A DNA stretch of 64,000 nt from Promethearchaeota archaeon (GTDB lineage Archaea > Asgardarchaeota > Lokiarchaeia > Sigyniarchaeales > SOKP01), in assembly GCA_016840085.1 (NCBI GenBank), contig JAEOTA010000086.1, forward strand, positions 32,001 to 96,000. The letters run 5' to 3'. The notes beneath the pieces are model-generated. The model saw nothing but the letters and a program-made list of their open reading frames with translations. It was not told where the DNA came from and ran no database searches. The translations under genes and the position numbers were made by a program. The first letter of the stretch is position 1. Each line of letters opens with the position of its first letter. Shown one piece after another: positions 21,505 to 31,175 of this stretch.

Positions 21505-22643
21505 GAAAATCCAAAATTATAGAATCTAAAGAAAAAACATTCTTCATTAAGGGAAGAGGAATACCTAAAGGCTGTAAATATTGTTTACAAGGTGCAAAAG
21601 CAGTATTATTTTTGAATGGCATTTGCCAAAAACCAGATCATTGTTCATGGTATTGTCCAATTTCAACAGAAAGGAGAAATAAAGATATAACTTTTATCAA
21701 TGAGGTAAGAATTACTTCTAAAGAGGATTTATTAGAAGAAATTTACAAGATTGATGCTAAGGGGATGAGCATTACTGGTGGTGAACCCCTTTTAGAATCA
21801 AATTTAGACAAAACCCTTAATTATATTAAATTTACTAAGTCTAAAATTGGTGAAAAATTTCATATTCATCTATATACGAATGGAATTAACTTTAATGATA
21901 ATATTGTTGAAAACCTCATTGCTGCAGGTTTAGATGAATTAAGATTCCATCCACCTAAAGATGGTTGGTCAAAAATTGAGATTGCTTTAGATAGAGGTAT
22001 AACTGTTGGTGCAGAAGTTCCTGTCATTCCCCGTGAAGATGACAGAAAAAATCTCGAAGATTTTGTATTTTATTTAGATAGTATTGGTGCTAATTTCATA
22101 AACCTAAATGAATTTGAATATTGTTTTCCTAACAGTCAATCATTGAAAAGTCGAGGTTTCAATTTAAAAGAAGGATCAATTGCATCTGTAGTAAATAGCC
22201 ATGAAACTGCTCTTAATTTATTGAATAAGCTAATTTCAAAAGTTACTCTAAAAATTCATTACTGTTCTATCACAGCAAAGGATTATTATCAATTGAAAAA
22301 CAGATATGTTAGACGAGCTAAAAACATTAAATTGCCCATTGAAGCGATTAATAATGAAGGATTGTTATTATTCGCTCAAATTGAGGGTGCAAAAGAAAAA
22401 CTAACCGAATTTTATAACTGTTTATTATCAGAATTTAAAATTAGAGAAAATTTAATAAAATATTCAGGAGAAAATATAAAAATTCCTTTATATATTTCAA
22501 TTGATAATAAAATAATATCTTTCATTGACAAATTCCAATTAAAATGCTATGTTATAGAAATGACTCCATTTCGCAATCCAATTTATCAACAAATAACAGA
22601 AAAAACACCAATAAAACTATTTAAAAAAGAATTTGGGATTTAA
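21501..22643 (+). CDS. Radical SAM protein (conserved archaeal)
   Basis: PKGCKYC, C....HCSWYCP, ITGGEP, HLYTNG, LDELRFHP. Confidence 0.85.
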   Translation: MRKSKIIESKEKTFFIKGRGIPKGCKYCLQGAKAVLFLNGICQKPDHCSWYCPISTERRNKDITFINEVRITSKEDLLEEIYKIDAKGMSITGGEPLLESNLDKTLNYIKFTKSKIGEKFHIHLYTNGINFNDNIVENLIAAGLDELRFHPPKDGWSKIEIALDRGITVGAEVPVIPREDDRKNLEDFVFYLDSIGANFINLNEFEYCFPNSQSLKSRGFNLKEGSIASVVNSHETALNLLNKLISKVTLKIHYCSITAKDYYQLKNRYVRRAKNIKLPIEAINNEGLLLFAQIEGAKEKLTEFYNCLLSEFKIRENLIKYSGENIKIPLYISIDNKIISFIDKFQLKCYVIEMTPFRNPIYQQITEKTPIKLFKKEFGI

Positions 22644-23101
22644 TGAAAATTAAAAATGTGAAATTTTGGGATTTAAAGCAGCTCTATCAGCTTGAGCAAA
22701 AAGTATTTGAAGCAAATGCTTTTTCTAAAGACTTATTAAAAAAGTTAATATTTAATAACATTCTGTTTCTAAAATTAAAAATTGGTAAGTTTAAAAAGGA
22801 TATGTATGGTTTTATTGTTGCTATAAAAGACAATAGAGACAGAGCGAATATAGTAAACTTTCTCATTAATCCAGAGTTTCAAAATAAAGGATATGGGACG
22901 TTACTTCTACAAAAAGCCTTAGAATATTTAAAAAGATTAAAAGAAATAACAAAAATAGTCTTAAACGTCCAAGTTAGTAATAATATTGCTATTAAATTGT
23001 ATGAAAAATTCAACTTTAAAAAAGATCCAAACGTATTAGAAAATTATTATCAATCGGGGGAATCTGCATTTTTAATGGAATTGAATATAGCCTCTCTATA
23101 A
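22643..23101 (+). CDS. RimI/Ard1-like GNAT N-acetyltransferase
   Basis: FQNKGYG, LNVQVSNNIAIKLYEKF, NYY..GE.A..M. Confidence 0.88.
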   Translation: MKIKNVKFWDLKQLYQLEQKVFEANAFSKDLLKKLIFNNILFLKLKIGKFKKDMYGFIVAIKDNRDRANIVNFLINPEFQNKGYGTLLLQKALEYLKRLKEITKIVLNVQVSNNIAIKLYEKFNFKKDPNVLENYYQSGESAFLMELNIASL

Positions 23102-23192
23102 ACTAAAACTTATAAATAAATTCTATTATAATATCTGTAAGTATTGAAATTAATTTTTAACATTAATATAAAATAAAAGGTGTTAAACAAAA

Positions 23193-23348
23193 GTGGCTCC
23201 AATAGATAAAGAACTTCAAAATGAAATTAAGAAAGGTGTTTCACTCCAAAAAGTTAATGAAGAAGAGCTAAGAAAGAGAGAGGAAGAGAAAAAGAAACGC
23301 ATGGAAGAATTAGAAAAAGTTAAAGAAGCTTTAGGGGCAAAAGACTAA
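23193..23348 (+). CDS. Small protein (51 aa) with WH2-like motif and charged helix (not in ORF track)
   Basis: GTG start with AGGTG SD upstream; MAPIDKELQNEIKKGVSLQKVNEEELRKREEEKKKRMEELEKVKEALGAKD*; T-rich tract follows. Confidence 0.75.
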   Translation: MAPIDKELQNEIKKGVSLQKVNEEELRKREEEKKKRMEELEKVKEALGAKD

Positions 23349-23483
23349 ATTTTTTGTTTTTATTGATAATTTTTCTCTTTTTTTATTTATTTTAATTTTT
23401 ATAGGATTATATTAAATTAAGCTTATCTTTTACTACACATTAATTTTAAATAAAAATTCATCCTAAAGAGTTAGATTCAAGAT

Positions 23484-24566
23484 TTGAAAATTTTAGGTAT
23501 TAATCAGAAACATAGGGAAATTACAGTTCAAACAGAAAACCTTAACGATTTATGGACACTATATAATGTGATTAGTAAAGATGATGAAATCTCATCTCTA
23601 ACTCAACGAAGAATTGTTCTAAAAGAAGGAACTAGGGGAGATCGTAAACTAATGAGATTAAAATTAAAAGTTGAGACTGTGTCTTTTCATGAATTTTCAA
23701 ATCGGTTACGTATAAAAGGAAGAATATTAGAAGGTCCTGAAGATTTTGTTAGTTTCGGTACTTACCACACTTTTAATATAGAAATTCCCCATAAGGTTTC
23801 TATCATTAAAGAAAAGTGGTTAAATCATGATATAAAACGATTGAAACAAAGCTCAAAATTTGATAGTAATTTTATTATGCTCTTTATTGCTATTGAAACG
23901 GGGTTAGCAACAATAGCCCTTATAACTAACTTTAGGCATGAAAGGATTGCAACTATAAGAAAGAATATTCCTGGTAAAAGATACAAGCAATCCTATAGAA
24001 ACAAGGCATTAATCGAGTTTTTTGGAGATATAGAGAGAATATTAAAGGAAAAATTAGAAAATTATAACATAAATTTGATAATAATATGTGGTCCTGGAAA
24101 TACAAAAGATCATTTTATTAATTCTATAAAGAATTTGCCTGGTACAACTTATATGAACAAAATTAAAACTTGTCATGCTAGTTCTGGAACAGAAAGTGCT
24201 ATAATAGAAACTTTAAAGTCAAAAGAATTAGCCAACATTAAAAAAAGTGTAAAAATTTTACAAGAAACTCACTTAGTTGAAAAAATTATTACTCAATTTG
24301 CTAAAGATGCTGATTTTGTGGTTGTTGGTTTAAACGAAATCTCAAATGCATCAGAACGAGGCGCAGTTAAACATCTTTTAATAGCAGATATATTGATTCG
24401 GGGTACAGATAAGGAAAATAAGTTGAAAATTGAAGAAATTATAACCAATGTTGAAAATTCTGGAGGTTCAGTAAACATCATGAGTACAGAAAATATTCCT
24501 GGAGAACAATTAGTAAATCTGGGATCAATTGTTGGAATTTTACGATATAAACTTGATCAAATATGA
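23484..24566 (+). CDS. pelA: mRNA surveillance protein Pelota
   Basis: DLWTLYN, RLRIKGRI, GTYHTFNI, IPGKR, GPG and GSIVGILRY motifs. Confidence 0.95.
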   Translation: MKILGINQKHREITVQTENLNDLWTLYNVISKDDEISSLTQRRIVLKEGTRGDRKLMRLKLKVETVSFHEFSNRLRIKGRILEGPEDFVSFGTYHTFNIEIPHKVSIIKEKWLNHDIKRLKQSSKFDSNFIMLFIAIETGLATIALITNFRHERIATIRKNIPGKRYKQSYRNKALIEFFGDIERILKEKLENYNINLIIICGPGNTKDHFINSIKNLPGTTYMNKIKTCHASSGTESAIIETLKSKELANIKKSVKILQETHLVEKIITQFAKDADFVVVGLNEISNASERGAVKHLLIADILIRGTDKENKLKIEEIITNVENSGGSVNIMSTENIPGEQLVNLGSIVGILRYKLDQI

Positions 24567-25597
24567 AACCTGAGATAATTTATGTGGATAAAAAGTCACA
24601 AATCCCATTATACGGTATAGACTTTATTGGTGTCATTGATAGGGGTACAAATGTTATTGAACTCAAACCTCTAACTTTATGTAATTTGAAATGTAAATAC
24701 TGTTTTGTAAGAGCTGGAGATTACCACACTAATTTTATTGTGGATCCAGAATATTTATTAGAAAAAGTAGAAGAAATAGTTGAGATTAAAGGAAAATATA
24801 AAATTGAAATTCATTTAGCCCCTTACGGTGAAATTCTCCTATATTCTAAATTGTTTGAATTAATCGATAACCTCTGGAAAATAAAAGGAATTGAGATTAT
24901 TTCAATGCAAACAAATGGATTATTGCTCAAAAAAGAAACTATTGAAGAACTTGAAAGGGTACATTTAAGTCGAATAAATATTAGTCTGAATTCTTTAAAT
25001 CACGAAAAAGCTAATTATTTGAGTAATTGTAATGATTATAATCTTAATAATCTCATAAAAAATATAAATTTTCTATTGAATACAAAAATCGATTTGTTAA
25101 TTGCTCCAGTCTGGTTTCCTGGAGAAAATGATAATGACATTGAAGATATTATTGAGTTTATAATTAATTTAAGAAATAAAGGTTATTCTGAAAATAAGAT
25201 TCAAATTGGAATACAAAAGTATTTAATTTACAAAACTGGTAGAAAATTGAAAAAAATAAGACCTAAAAGTTGGGGTTATTTCTATACACAATTAACCAAT
25301 TTAGAAAAAAAATATGATATAAAATTAAAACTTGGACCTAAGGATTTTGGTATTCACAAACGTAAAAGCGTTACTTCTCTGAAATTAAATAAAAATGATA
25401 TAATGGACTTAACAGTGATCTCAAAAGGACGATGGAAAAATGAATTTATAGGAAAAATAAATGATAATTTTGGTTTGAAAGTACTTTTAAGTAAATCAAT
25501 ATCTAATCCCAATAACTTAATTGGAAAAAATATTAAGGTTAAAATTATAAAAGCAAACTATAAAGATAATATTTTAACTTCACTTTTCTCTATATAA
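24563..25597 (+). CDS. Radical SAM protein (conserved archaeal, possible C-terminal TRAM-like region)
   Basis: IPLYG..FIGVIDRGTN, CNLKCKYC, SMQTNG. Confidence 0.85.
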   Translation: MKPEIIYVDKKSQIPLYGIDFIGVIDRGTNVIELKPLTLCNLKCKYCFVRAGDYHTNFIVDPEYLLEKVEEIVEIKGKYKIEIHLAPYGEILLYSKLFELIDNLWKIKGIEIISMQTNGLLLKKETIEELERVHLSRINISLNSLNHEKANYLSNCNDYNLNNLIKNINFLLNTKIDLLIAPVWFPGENDNDIEDIIEFIINLRNKGYSENKIQIGIQKYLIYKTGRKLKKIRPKSWGYFYTQLTNLEKKYDIKLKLGPKDFGIHKRKSVTSLKLNKNDIMDLTVISKGRWKNEFIGKINDNFGLKVLLSKSISNPNNLIGKNIKVKIIKANYKDNILTSLFSI

Positions 25598-25677
25598 ACT
25601 TAAATATTAATAAATTTATATAAATCAAAATAAGTATTCATATAAGCAAGAGTAACAGAAACTTAAAATTATTAAAA

Positions 25678-26313
25678 GTGGGGTATATAATGAGTCCTAT
25701 TATAACTCATGAGGATGAATTAGAGCTATCAAAAATGGAAAAAGAATTAGTTGCCCAATTTAAAAAATTGGCTAAATCTCAGACCAACTTAATTGGTACT
25801 CAAAAAAAATATGCAGAACATATCACTAAAACTAACATTACAAGAGAAATGCTCAATAGAATCTTCAGAGATGTTTTGAAACAAATGCAAACTTTAGCTC
25901 GTGAACATAGATCTAATATAAAAGATGAAGAAGTTAAATTATATCAAGACATTATTCATAAAAATGATGAATTTATTAAAGCTAACAATAAATATTTGAA
26001 TGCAATTAAGGATTTGGCTGTTCAAAAAGAATATTTAGTAGAAAAAAAAGAGGAATTTGTCAATGCCTTAGCTGATGTGGCGAGTAAAAGATCAATAGTT
26101 ATTAAAAAAGCTTTGGATGTTGAAAAAGCAAAAAATAAATTAATTGATGGAGATAAGTTAAACTTGCTTGACCAACAGTTTAATGATGTTCAACGAGATT
26201 TTGATCGTGCACGTGATATCTTAATAAAAAAACTAACTCAATTTATTGAAGTAAGAGATGAAATAAATATCTTATGGCTTAAATTAAAAGATAATGTTAC
26301 AGAGTTAAGTTAG
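25678..26313 (+). CDS. All-helical coiled-coil protein, possibly BAR-domain-like
   Basis: About 200 aa of three long amphipathic helices with no TM segment. Confidence 0.55.
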   Translation: MGYIMSPIITHEDELELSKMEKELVAQFKKLAKSQTNLIGTQKKYAEHITKTNITREMLNRIFRDVLKQMQTLAREHRSNIKDEEVKLYQDIIHKNDEFIKANNKYLNAIKDLAVQKEYLVEKKEEFVNALADVASKRSIVIKKALDVEKAKNKLIDGDKLNLLDQQFNDVQRDFDRARDILIKKLTQFIEVRDEINILWLKLKDNVTELS

Positions 26314-26443
26314 TTAAAATTATACTTACTTTTTTTATATTATTATTAAAATAAAATCGTTATGCTCAAACTTAAATTTATTAAATAAAAAATTATTAAA
26401 TTATTAGAAAAGCATTAAAAATAAAGTATTTAAAAGAGTTAAA

Positions 26444-26896
26444 ATGTGTGCTGAAGAATTTGCCTCCTTCTTAGAAACTACGCGAAAAGCTCCAATAGAG
26501 GAAAAACTCAATGCTTTTGGAGATATCGTTGAAAAAATAATGCAAATTGTGCTTAAGATCCCTGATTTAGTCGATCAAAGTCTTCAGACTGTCAATACAA
26601 AAGTTACTAATTTGCAAAATCAATTAACAGCTATAAATAATGATCTTTCATCACTTAAATCAGGTGGTACAATAGCCCCAGCAGCACCTGCCGCTTCACC
26701 AGCACCCGCATTAGGCGGCCCACCACCTGGAGGTCCACCTGGGGGTCCACCTGGGGGTCCACCCCCACCTGGAGGTCCACGGGGACCAGGACCAACTCCA
26801 GGGCCAAGTCGTCCAGCAAGTCCAGTTACTCTAAGAGGTGCAATTATGGGAGAACTTAAGCAGTTGTTCGCTAAAAGAAAGAGTCAATCGGGTTAA
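26444..26896 (+). CDS. Coiled-coil + polyproline + C-terminal basic amphipathic helix protein
   Basis: Heptad region, (PPGG)n tract, LRGAIMGELKQLFAKRK. Confidence 0.8.
   Translation: MCAEEFASFLETTRKAPIEEKLNAFGDIVEKIMQIVLKIPDLVDQSLQTVNTKVTNLQNQLTAINNDLSSLKSGGTIAPAAPAASPAPALGGPPPGGPPGGPPGGPPPPGGPRGPGPTPGPSRPASPVTLRGAIMGELKQLFAKRKSQSG
26723..26758 (+). repeat. Three tandem 12-nt repeats CCACCTGG(A/G)GGT encoding PPGG
   Basis: Directly visible; locally GC-rich. Confidence 0.85.
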
Positions 26897-27134
26897 AGAA
26901 CATAGCCAAATACCTAACTCAATGAATCTTTTTTCTATTAATTAAAAACAAATTCAAATTCTATATTATTTTCATAAATAAATTAGGAATTCCTTAAGTA
27001 ATAATAAATTTTTAATTATTTTATAAAGAAATAAAGCTCAGTAATTTTTAAATTCTCAATTGACTTTAGAGGCTTGTCAATTGATTATAGACTAAATATA
27101 ATCAATTTATGCTAAAAATTTATATGCTCGATTT

Positions 27135-27713
27135 TTAAAATTCTAGAAACCCAGGATCATCAAAAATATCTTCTAACTTTCGTTCTTTTTTTATCTTAGT
27201 TTCGCTTTCAGCAAATAAAGATTCTTCATCCGTCCGGACACCTCGTTCTAATTCATCAGCATCAAGTTTTAATATTGTGTTCTTTTCAAGTTGTTTATAT
27301 TCTTCTGCCTTAATTTTCCATTTGTTAACTTCATCTATATTGACATCTTCTTCTTCTAACAATAATGCAGCTTTAATCTTACATAGACCTGATAGTATAG
27401 AATATGATAATGCTAGTTCTCCCCATTCATTTTCCTCTTTTAACCTTTGAATTCGCTTTTCTAACCTTTGAAGCTCTTGATCTGCATAATATATATCTAT
27501 AAAATCCCCAAACGCATCAACTGGTTCTGAAATCGAAGTGACTAATACTTCTTTTGTTAATCCACAATTTCCACATTTTACCGATGCAAAAGCACCTTTT
27601 TTTTTAATATCAATCACTTTTACACTCTTTTCACCGCATTCAGGGCAAGTGAAAATTTTAGGTACTCTTTTAACCCTTTTGGCTGTGACTTGTTTTCTTT
27701 TTCGACGTCCCAT
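27135..27713 (-). CDS. elf1: Transcription elongation factor Elf1 with long C-terminal extension
   Basis: MGRRKRK...FTCPECG...CGNCG...EPVDAFGDFID; ATG at 27713 preferred over TTG at 27728. Confidence 0.85.
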   Translation of the reverse strand: MGRRKRKQVTAKRVKRVPKIFTCPECGEKSVKVIDIKKKGAFASVKCGNCGLTKEVLVTSISEPVDAFGDFIDIYYADQELQRLEKRIQRLKEENEWGELALSYSILSGLCKIKAALLLEEEDVNIDEVNKWKIKAEEYKQLEKNTILKLDADELERGVRTDEESLFAESETKIKKERKLEDIFDDPGFLEF

Positions 27714-27925
27714 ATTAACTTTCTCCAAAAAATAACGTTAATTATAAAAATAAACTCGTAATTTCTATTAAATTAAATAGAAACAAAGACTAAAAATTTT
27801 TTGCTTTTACACAGAATTATTTTAAAGGAATTTAGAAAAATTTTTTAGGGATGCTTAATTAGCTAAATTACTCTTTTTAGCTGAAATGTTTTTAATGTTT
27901 AATTACAAATGAGTGGATTTTAGGT

Positions 27926-29026
27926 ATGGAACATAATAACTTAACATTAGAAGATGATATAAATTTAATTAACACCGTTTTGGATGATATTGATATGAGA
28001 TATATTATTTTATTTCTTTATATCATTAGAAATGATTTATTTAAAGATTTGAGCAATAAAAATATCATTGAATCTTATAATAGAATTTTAGTATTAGATG
28101 AAATTTATAAAATCAATCTTATTAAATTTTGGGATGAAGAATTTATTGAAATTTATATTGACTTAGGATTAATTAAAAATATTCGCAGTAAAAGAGAGTT
28201 TGAACAAAAAGGTGATGATTTTATAATAAAACTAGGAGAAGAAACGATAACCATAGAGCAAGATACAATATCTGTTCCAGATGATACTCTATACTTACTA
28301 ATAAACAAAAAATTTAAATTATTAACGCGAAGAAATTTCAATTTAGCTTTAACTAGATTAAAAGGTGTAAGATGTGAGAAAACCAGTGTTATTCACCCTT
28401 TAATTTATGAAATTGGTGAACATGATTATACTTTATCAGATGATTTATATTATATTTTAGATCATTTCGGGAATACATATCAATTAATTAAAATAGAAGT
28501 GACAATTGAAGGATTTTATCAAAGATTTAAAGAAATTAAGGAAAAAATTAATGAATTTATTGAGATTTTTGACCCTACTTTAAACACTAAACCTATTCTA
28601 AAAAAAGTACATAAAGCAATCGATGATAATAAAGACATTATAAATTACCTGAAAGATGAGAAGATTCAACTTTCTGATAAATTTAATTTCGACAAGATTG
28701 ATAAAGAAAATGTTTTATTTAAAGAATGGAATTCGAAATTATTATTATTACTGAGATTAAGATATCAAATGAAACAGATTGAAGATAAGTTAGTTGAGTT
28801 AAAAAAATTTTATTCAGGTAAGGATAAAAAATTCAGGTATCTTGAATTCATTGAAAAAGTTACATACAACGAAGATAATATTTTAAATAATATTCAGAAT
28901 ACTTTAATCGATCTTAGAAAAGATTTGATAAATGTTAATGAGAAAATTAAAAAAATAACAAAGAAAGAATTAAAATTATTGAATTTGGATCATGAAAGAT
29001 TGATAATATCTAGGAGTGAAGAATAA
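27926..29026 (+). CDS. Hypothetical; winged helix followed by helical bundle/coiled coil (kleisin-like?)
   Basis: FNLALTRL....YTLSDD wHTH-like pattern followed by heptads; first gene of operon. Confidence 0.55.
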   Translation: MEHNNLTLEDDINLINTVLDDIDMRYIILFLYIIRNDLFKDLSNKNIIESYNRILVLDEIYKINLIKFWDEEFIEIYIDLGLIKNIRSKREFEQKGDDFIIKLGEETITIEQDTISVPDDTLYLLINKKFKLLTRRNFNLALTRLKGVRCEKTSVIHPLIYEIGEHDYTLSDDLYYILDHFGNTYQLIKIEVTIEGFYQRFKEIKEKINEFIEIFDPTLNTKPILKKVHKAIDDNKDIINYLKDEKIQLSDKFNFDKIDKENVLFKEWNSKLLLLLRLRYQMKQIEDKLVELKKFYSGKDKKFRYLEFIEKVTYNEDNILNNIQNTLIDLRKDLINVNEKIKKITKKELKLLNLDHERLIISRSEE

Positions 29027-29028
29027 AT

Positions 29029-29997
29029 TTGAAATGTCCTGTATGTAATGTGGAGATGGAACCTTTAGTTGTGAGAATTTTTCAATGTCCGCAATGTAAA
29101 AAAATAATTAAACAAAAAAATAAGGAAACAGAAGTAGAAGATGCTCAAAAAATAGAAATGGGTGTTTTCTATGAAGGAGATTATTTTCATAAAAACGCTT
29201 CATTGAATAAAAATTATGAGGTGGCGGAGAAAGGAATAGTAATTAATAAAAGTGAAAATCGTATGATTGCTGTACTAATTTGTCATAGCGCTTATCTAAA
29301 AGATGAGAAATATGTCCGATTATCATGGTGGAAGAATTATCAGCATGCAGGTATGTTAAAAGTTTATGATAAAGAAGTTTTAAAAAATATTATTATTGCT
29401 TTAGAAAAATTTGATGAAAGTTTTGATGATCTTTGGAATTTTAAAGGAAAATATGGAAAACAAGCACCCAAAACGAATGAAGAATTAGAAAAGGAAAAAA
29501 ATTTAGAAATTATTAAATATAGAATAATTGAAAATAGAACTTGTCCAAAGTGCCAAAAAAAAATGGATAAAAAGAAATCTCACTATGAATGTCAACATTG
29601 TGGAGAAATCGTTATTTTGGAGGGATATAATCAACCAATCTTCAACATAGATCCTAGCGATCTTGATCTACATTTTCAAGGAAATTTTCCAATAAATTTT
29701 TACTTACCTGTAAGTGGGATAACAATTAAATGGTTGATGGGGGAATGGAAGGCATTAGTAGTTATCTATTCAAAAGATAATCCAAATAGAAAGTGGTTAA
29801 GATTTTACTGGTGGGTACGAGATCTTAGTACTATTTTAAAATTTGGACAAAGAGAAATGGGGGTAGGTACTCAAATGGGTTGGAAAGCTCAAAGAGGAAT
29901 ATCTTCACCAAATATATATGATAAAAATCTTGTTAAACCATTAATTAATGCTTTGAGAAGAATATCAAGAGAATTAAATTGGGATATTGAAAAGTAA
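29029..29997 (+). CDS. Hypothetical; two repeats of Zn ribbon + PC4/PUR-like domain
   Basis: CPVC/CPQC and CPKC/CQHC. Internal repeat KYVRLSWWK..YDKEVLKNIIIAL / KWLRFYWWV..YDKNLVKPLINAL. Confidence 0.65.
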   Translation: MKCPVCNVEMEPLVVRIFQCPQCKKIIKQKNKETEVEDAQKIEMGVFYEGDYFHKNASLNKNYEVAEKGIVINKSENRMIAVLICHSAYLKDEKYVRLSWWKNYQHAGMLKVYDKEVLKNIIIALEKFDESFDDLWNFKGKYGKQAPKTNEELEKEKNLEIIKYRIIENRTCPKCQKKMDKKKSHYECQHCGEIVILEGYNQPIFNIDPSDLDLHFQGNFPINFYLPVSGITIKWLMGEWKALVVIYSKDNPNRKWLRFYWWVRDLSTILKFGQREMGVGTQMGWKAQRGISSPNIYDKNLVKPLINALRRISRELNWDIEK

Positions 29998-30023
29998 AAG
30001 ATATTAAAAGTTGAGAACTATAT

Positions 30024-31163
30024 ATGGAAGAAGTTCAAGATAAAACTTGGAAAGGATTATTAAAAAACTTTGAAAATGGACTTGAAAAAGCAATAGAAGA
30101 ATTGCAAAAAAGAGATGTAGAAAATATTCCTGGGGCTAAAGAAGCGCTTATTCAAAGATTAAATAATATGAAGCTTCACTTTCCTAAAAATAGTGGTGAT
30201 ATTTTTATAAAATCGATAAACGATAAAATTCAAAATAGTTTTTTTCCAAATACCAAGAATTTTACTAAAGCATTTGAGAACGTATTGAAATCAAGGACCC
30301 ACGAACAAGATTTCATTATAAATGAACTTTTAAATGGATTTGTAACTTCAAAAGCAAAAGCAATTGCTTCTGGAACACAAGGACCGATAATAGATAGAAT
30401 GGTAGAAGCTTTTAGCAAAAGAAATGATTTCCATATCGTCGATCATCAATTTTTTGCTATGTTTGGAGACCCAAATAAACCTCGTCATTATGTAAAGAAA
30501 CAACTTAAAGAATTAGTAAAAATGTTTGGGCTCATATCAAAGGAACTTGTAATTCAAAAAGACGTAAGGAGAAGCGAGGAAAAAGTCTATACATTTTACA
30601 CATTTCCAGATGAAATTATCAAAATTCTTGAAGAAAAATATTTAGTTATAGATAATGAACTAGGTTATGCTTATGTATCTAAGGATTTTGATAGAAATGT
30701 CTTTATTTGCATGTTTTTAGCAAATATTTCAGTAAAAAGAGATAATATAGATAAAATAGGGGGATCATATACTATAAATGGAATTTCTGCTATTTTTGCC
30801 TTAATTTTGTTATTGAGTTTTATGCCTAAATTGTCGGTTGATGAAACAAGCCCACTTTTAAATGACCCTAATTATGATGCAAATAGAATGAGTGTTATCC
30901 CAAAATCTTGGATGATGAAGCAAATTTTAGAACCTTTATTTGAACCGCTTATTAAAATTGTTGCATATAGAATAGGAGGAGGATTATGGTTGTCAAAAAT
31001 AATTGATTCTGAAATCAATAAAAAAATTAATAACCAAATACGATTTCTCATTAAAGATGTTAATAAATGGATACTTGGGAATCTATGTAGAGTAGAGATC
31101 CCAATCTTTGTTGAAATTTCGAATATATTTACAGAAGTTTTAGTTGGTTATAATGAACAATAA
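30024..31163 (+). CDS. Hypothetical protein
   Basis: 379-aa ORF in a tightly packed operon. Confidence 0.7.
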   Translation: MEEVQDKTWKGLLKNFENGLEKAIEELQKRDVENIPGAKEALIQRLNNMKLHFPKNSGDIFIKSINDKIQNSFFPNTKNFTKAFENVLKSRTHEQDFIINELLNGFVTSKAKAIASGTQGPIIDRMVEAFSKRNDFHIVDHQFFAMFGDPNKPRHYVKKQLKELVKMFGLISKELVIQKDVRRSEEKVYTFYTFPDEIIKILEEKYLVIDNELGYAYVSKDFDRNVFICMFLANISVKRDNIDKIGGSYTINGISAIFALILLLSFMPKLSVDETSPLLNDPNYDANRMSVIPKSWMMKQILEPLFEPLIKIVAYRIGGGLWLSKIIDSEINKKINNQIRFLIKDVNKWILGNLCRVEIPIFVEISNIFTEVLVGYNEQ

Positions 31164-31175
31164 GAATAGGAAGAG

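Noticed and set aside
27059-27105. Two small hairpins (TTGAC..GTCAA, TTGATTATA..TATAATCAA) between convergent genes
   Set aside because: Possibly terminator-related, but short and AT-rich; cannot support an ncRNA call
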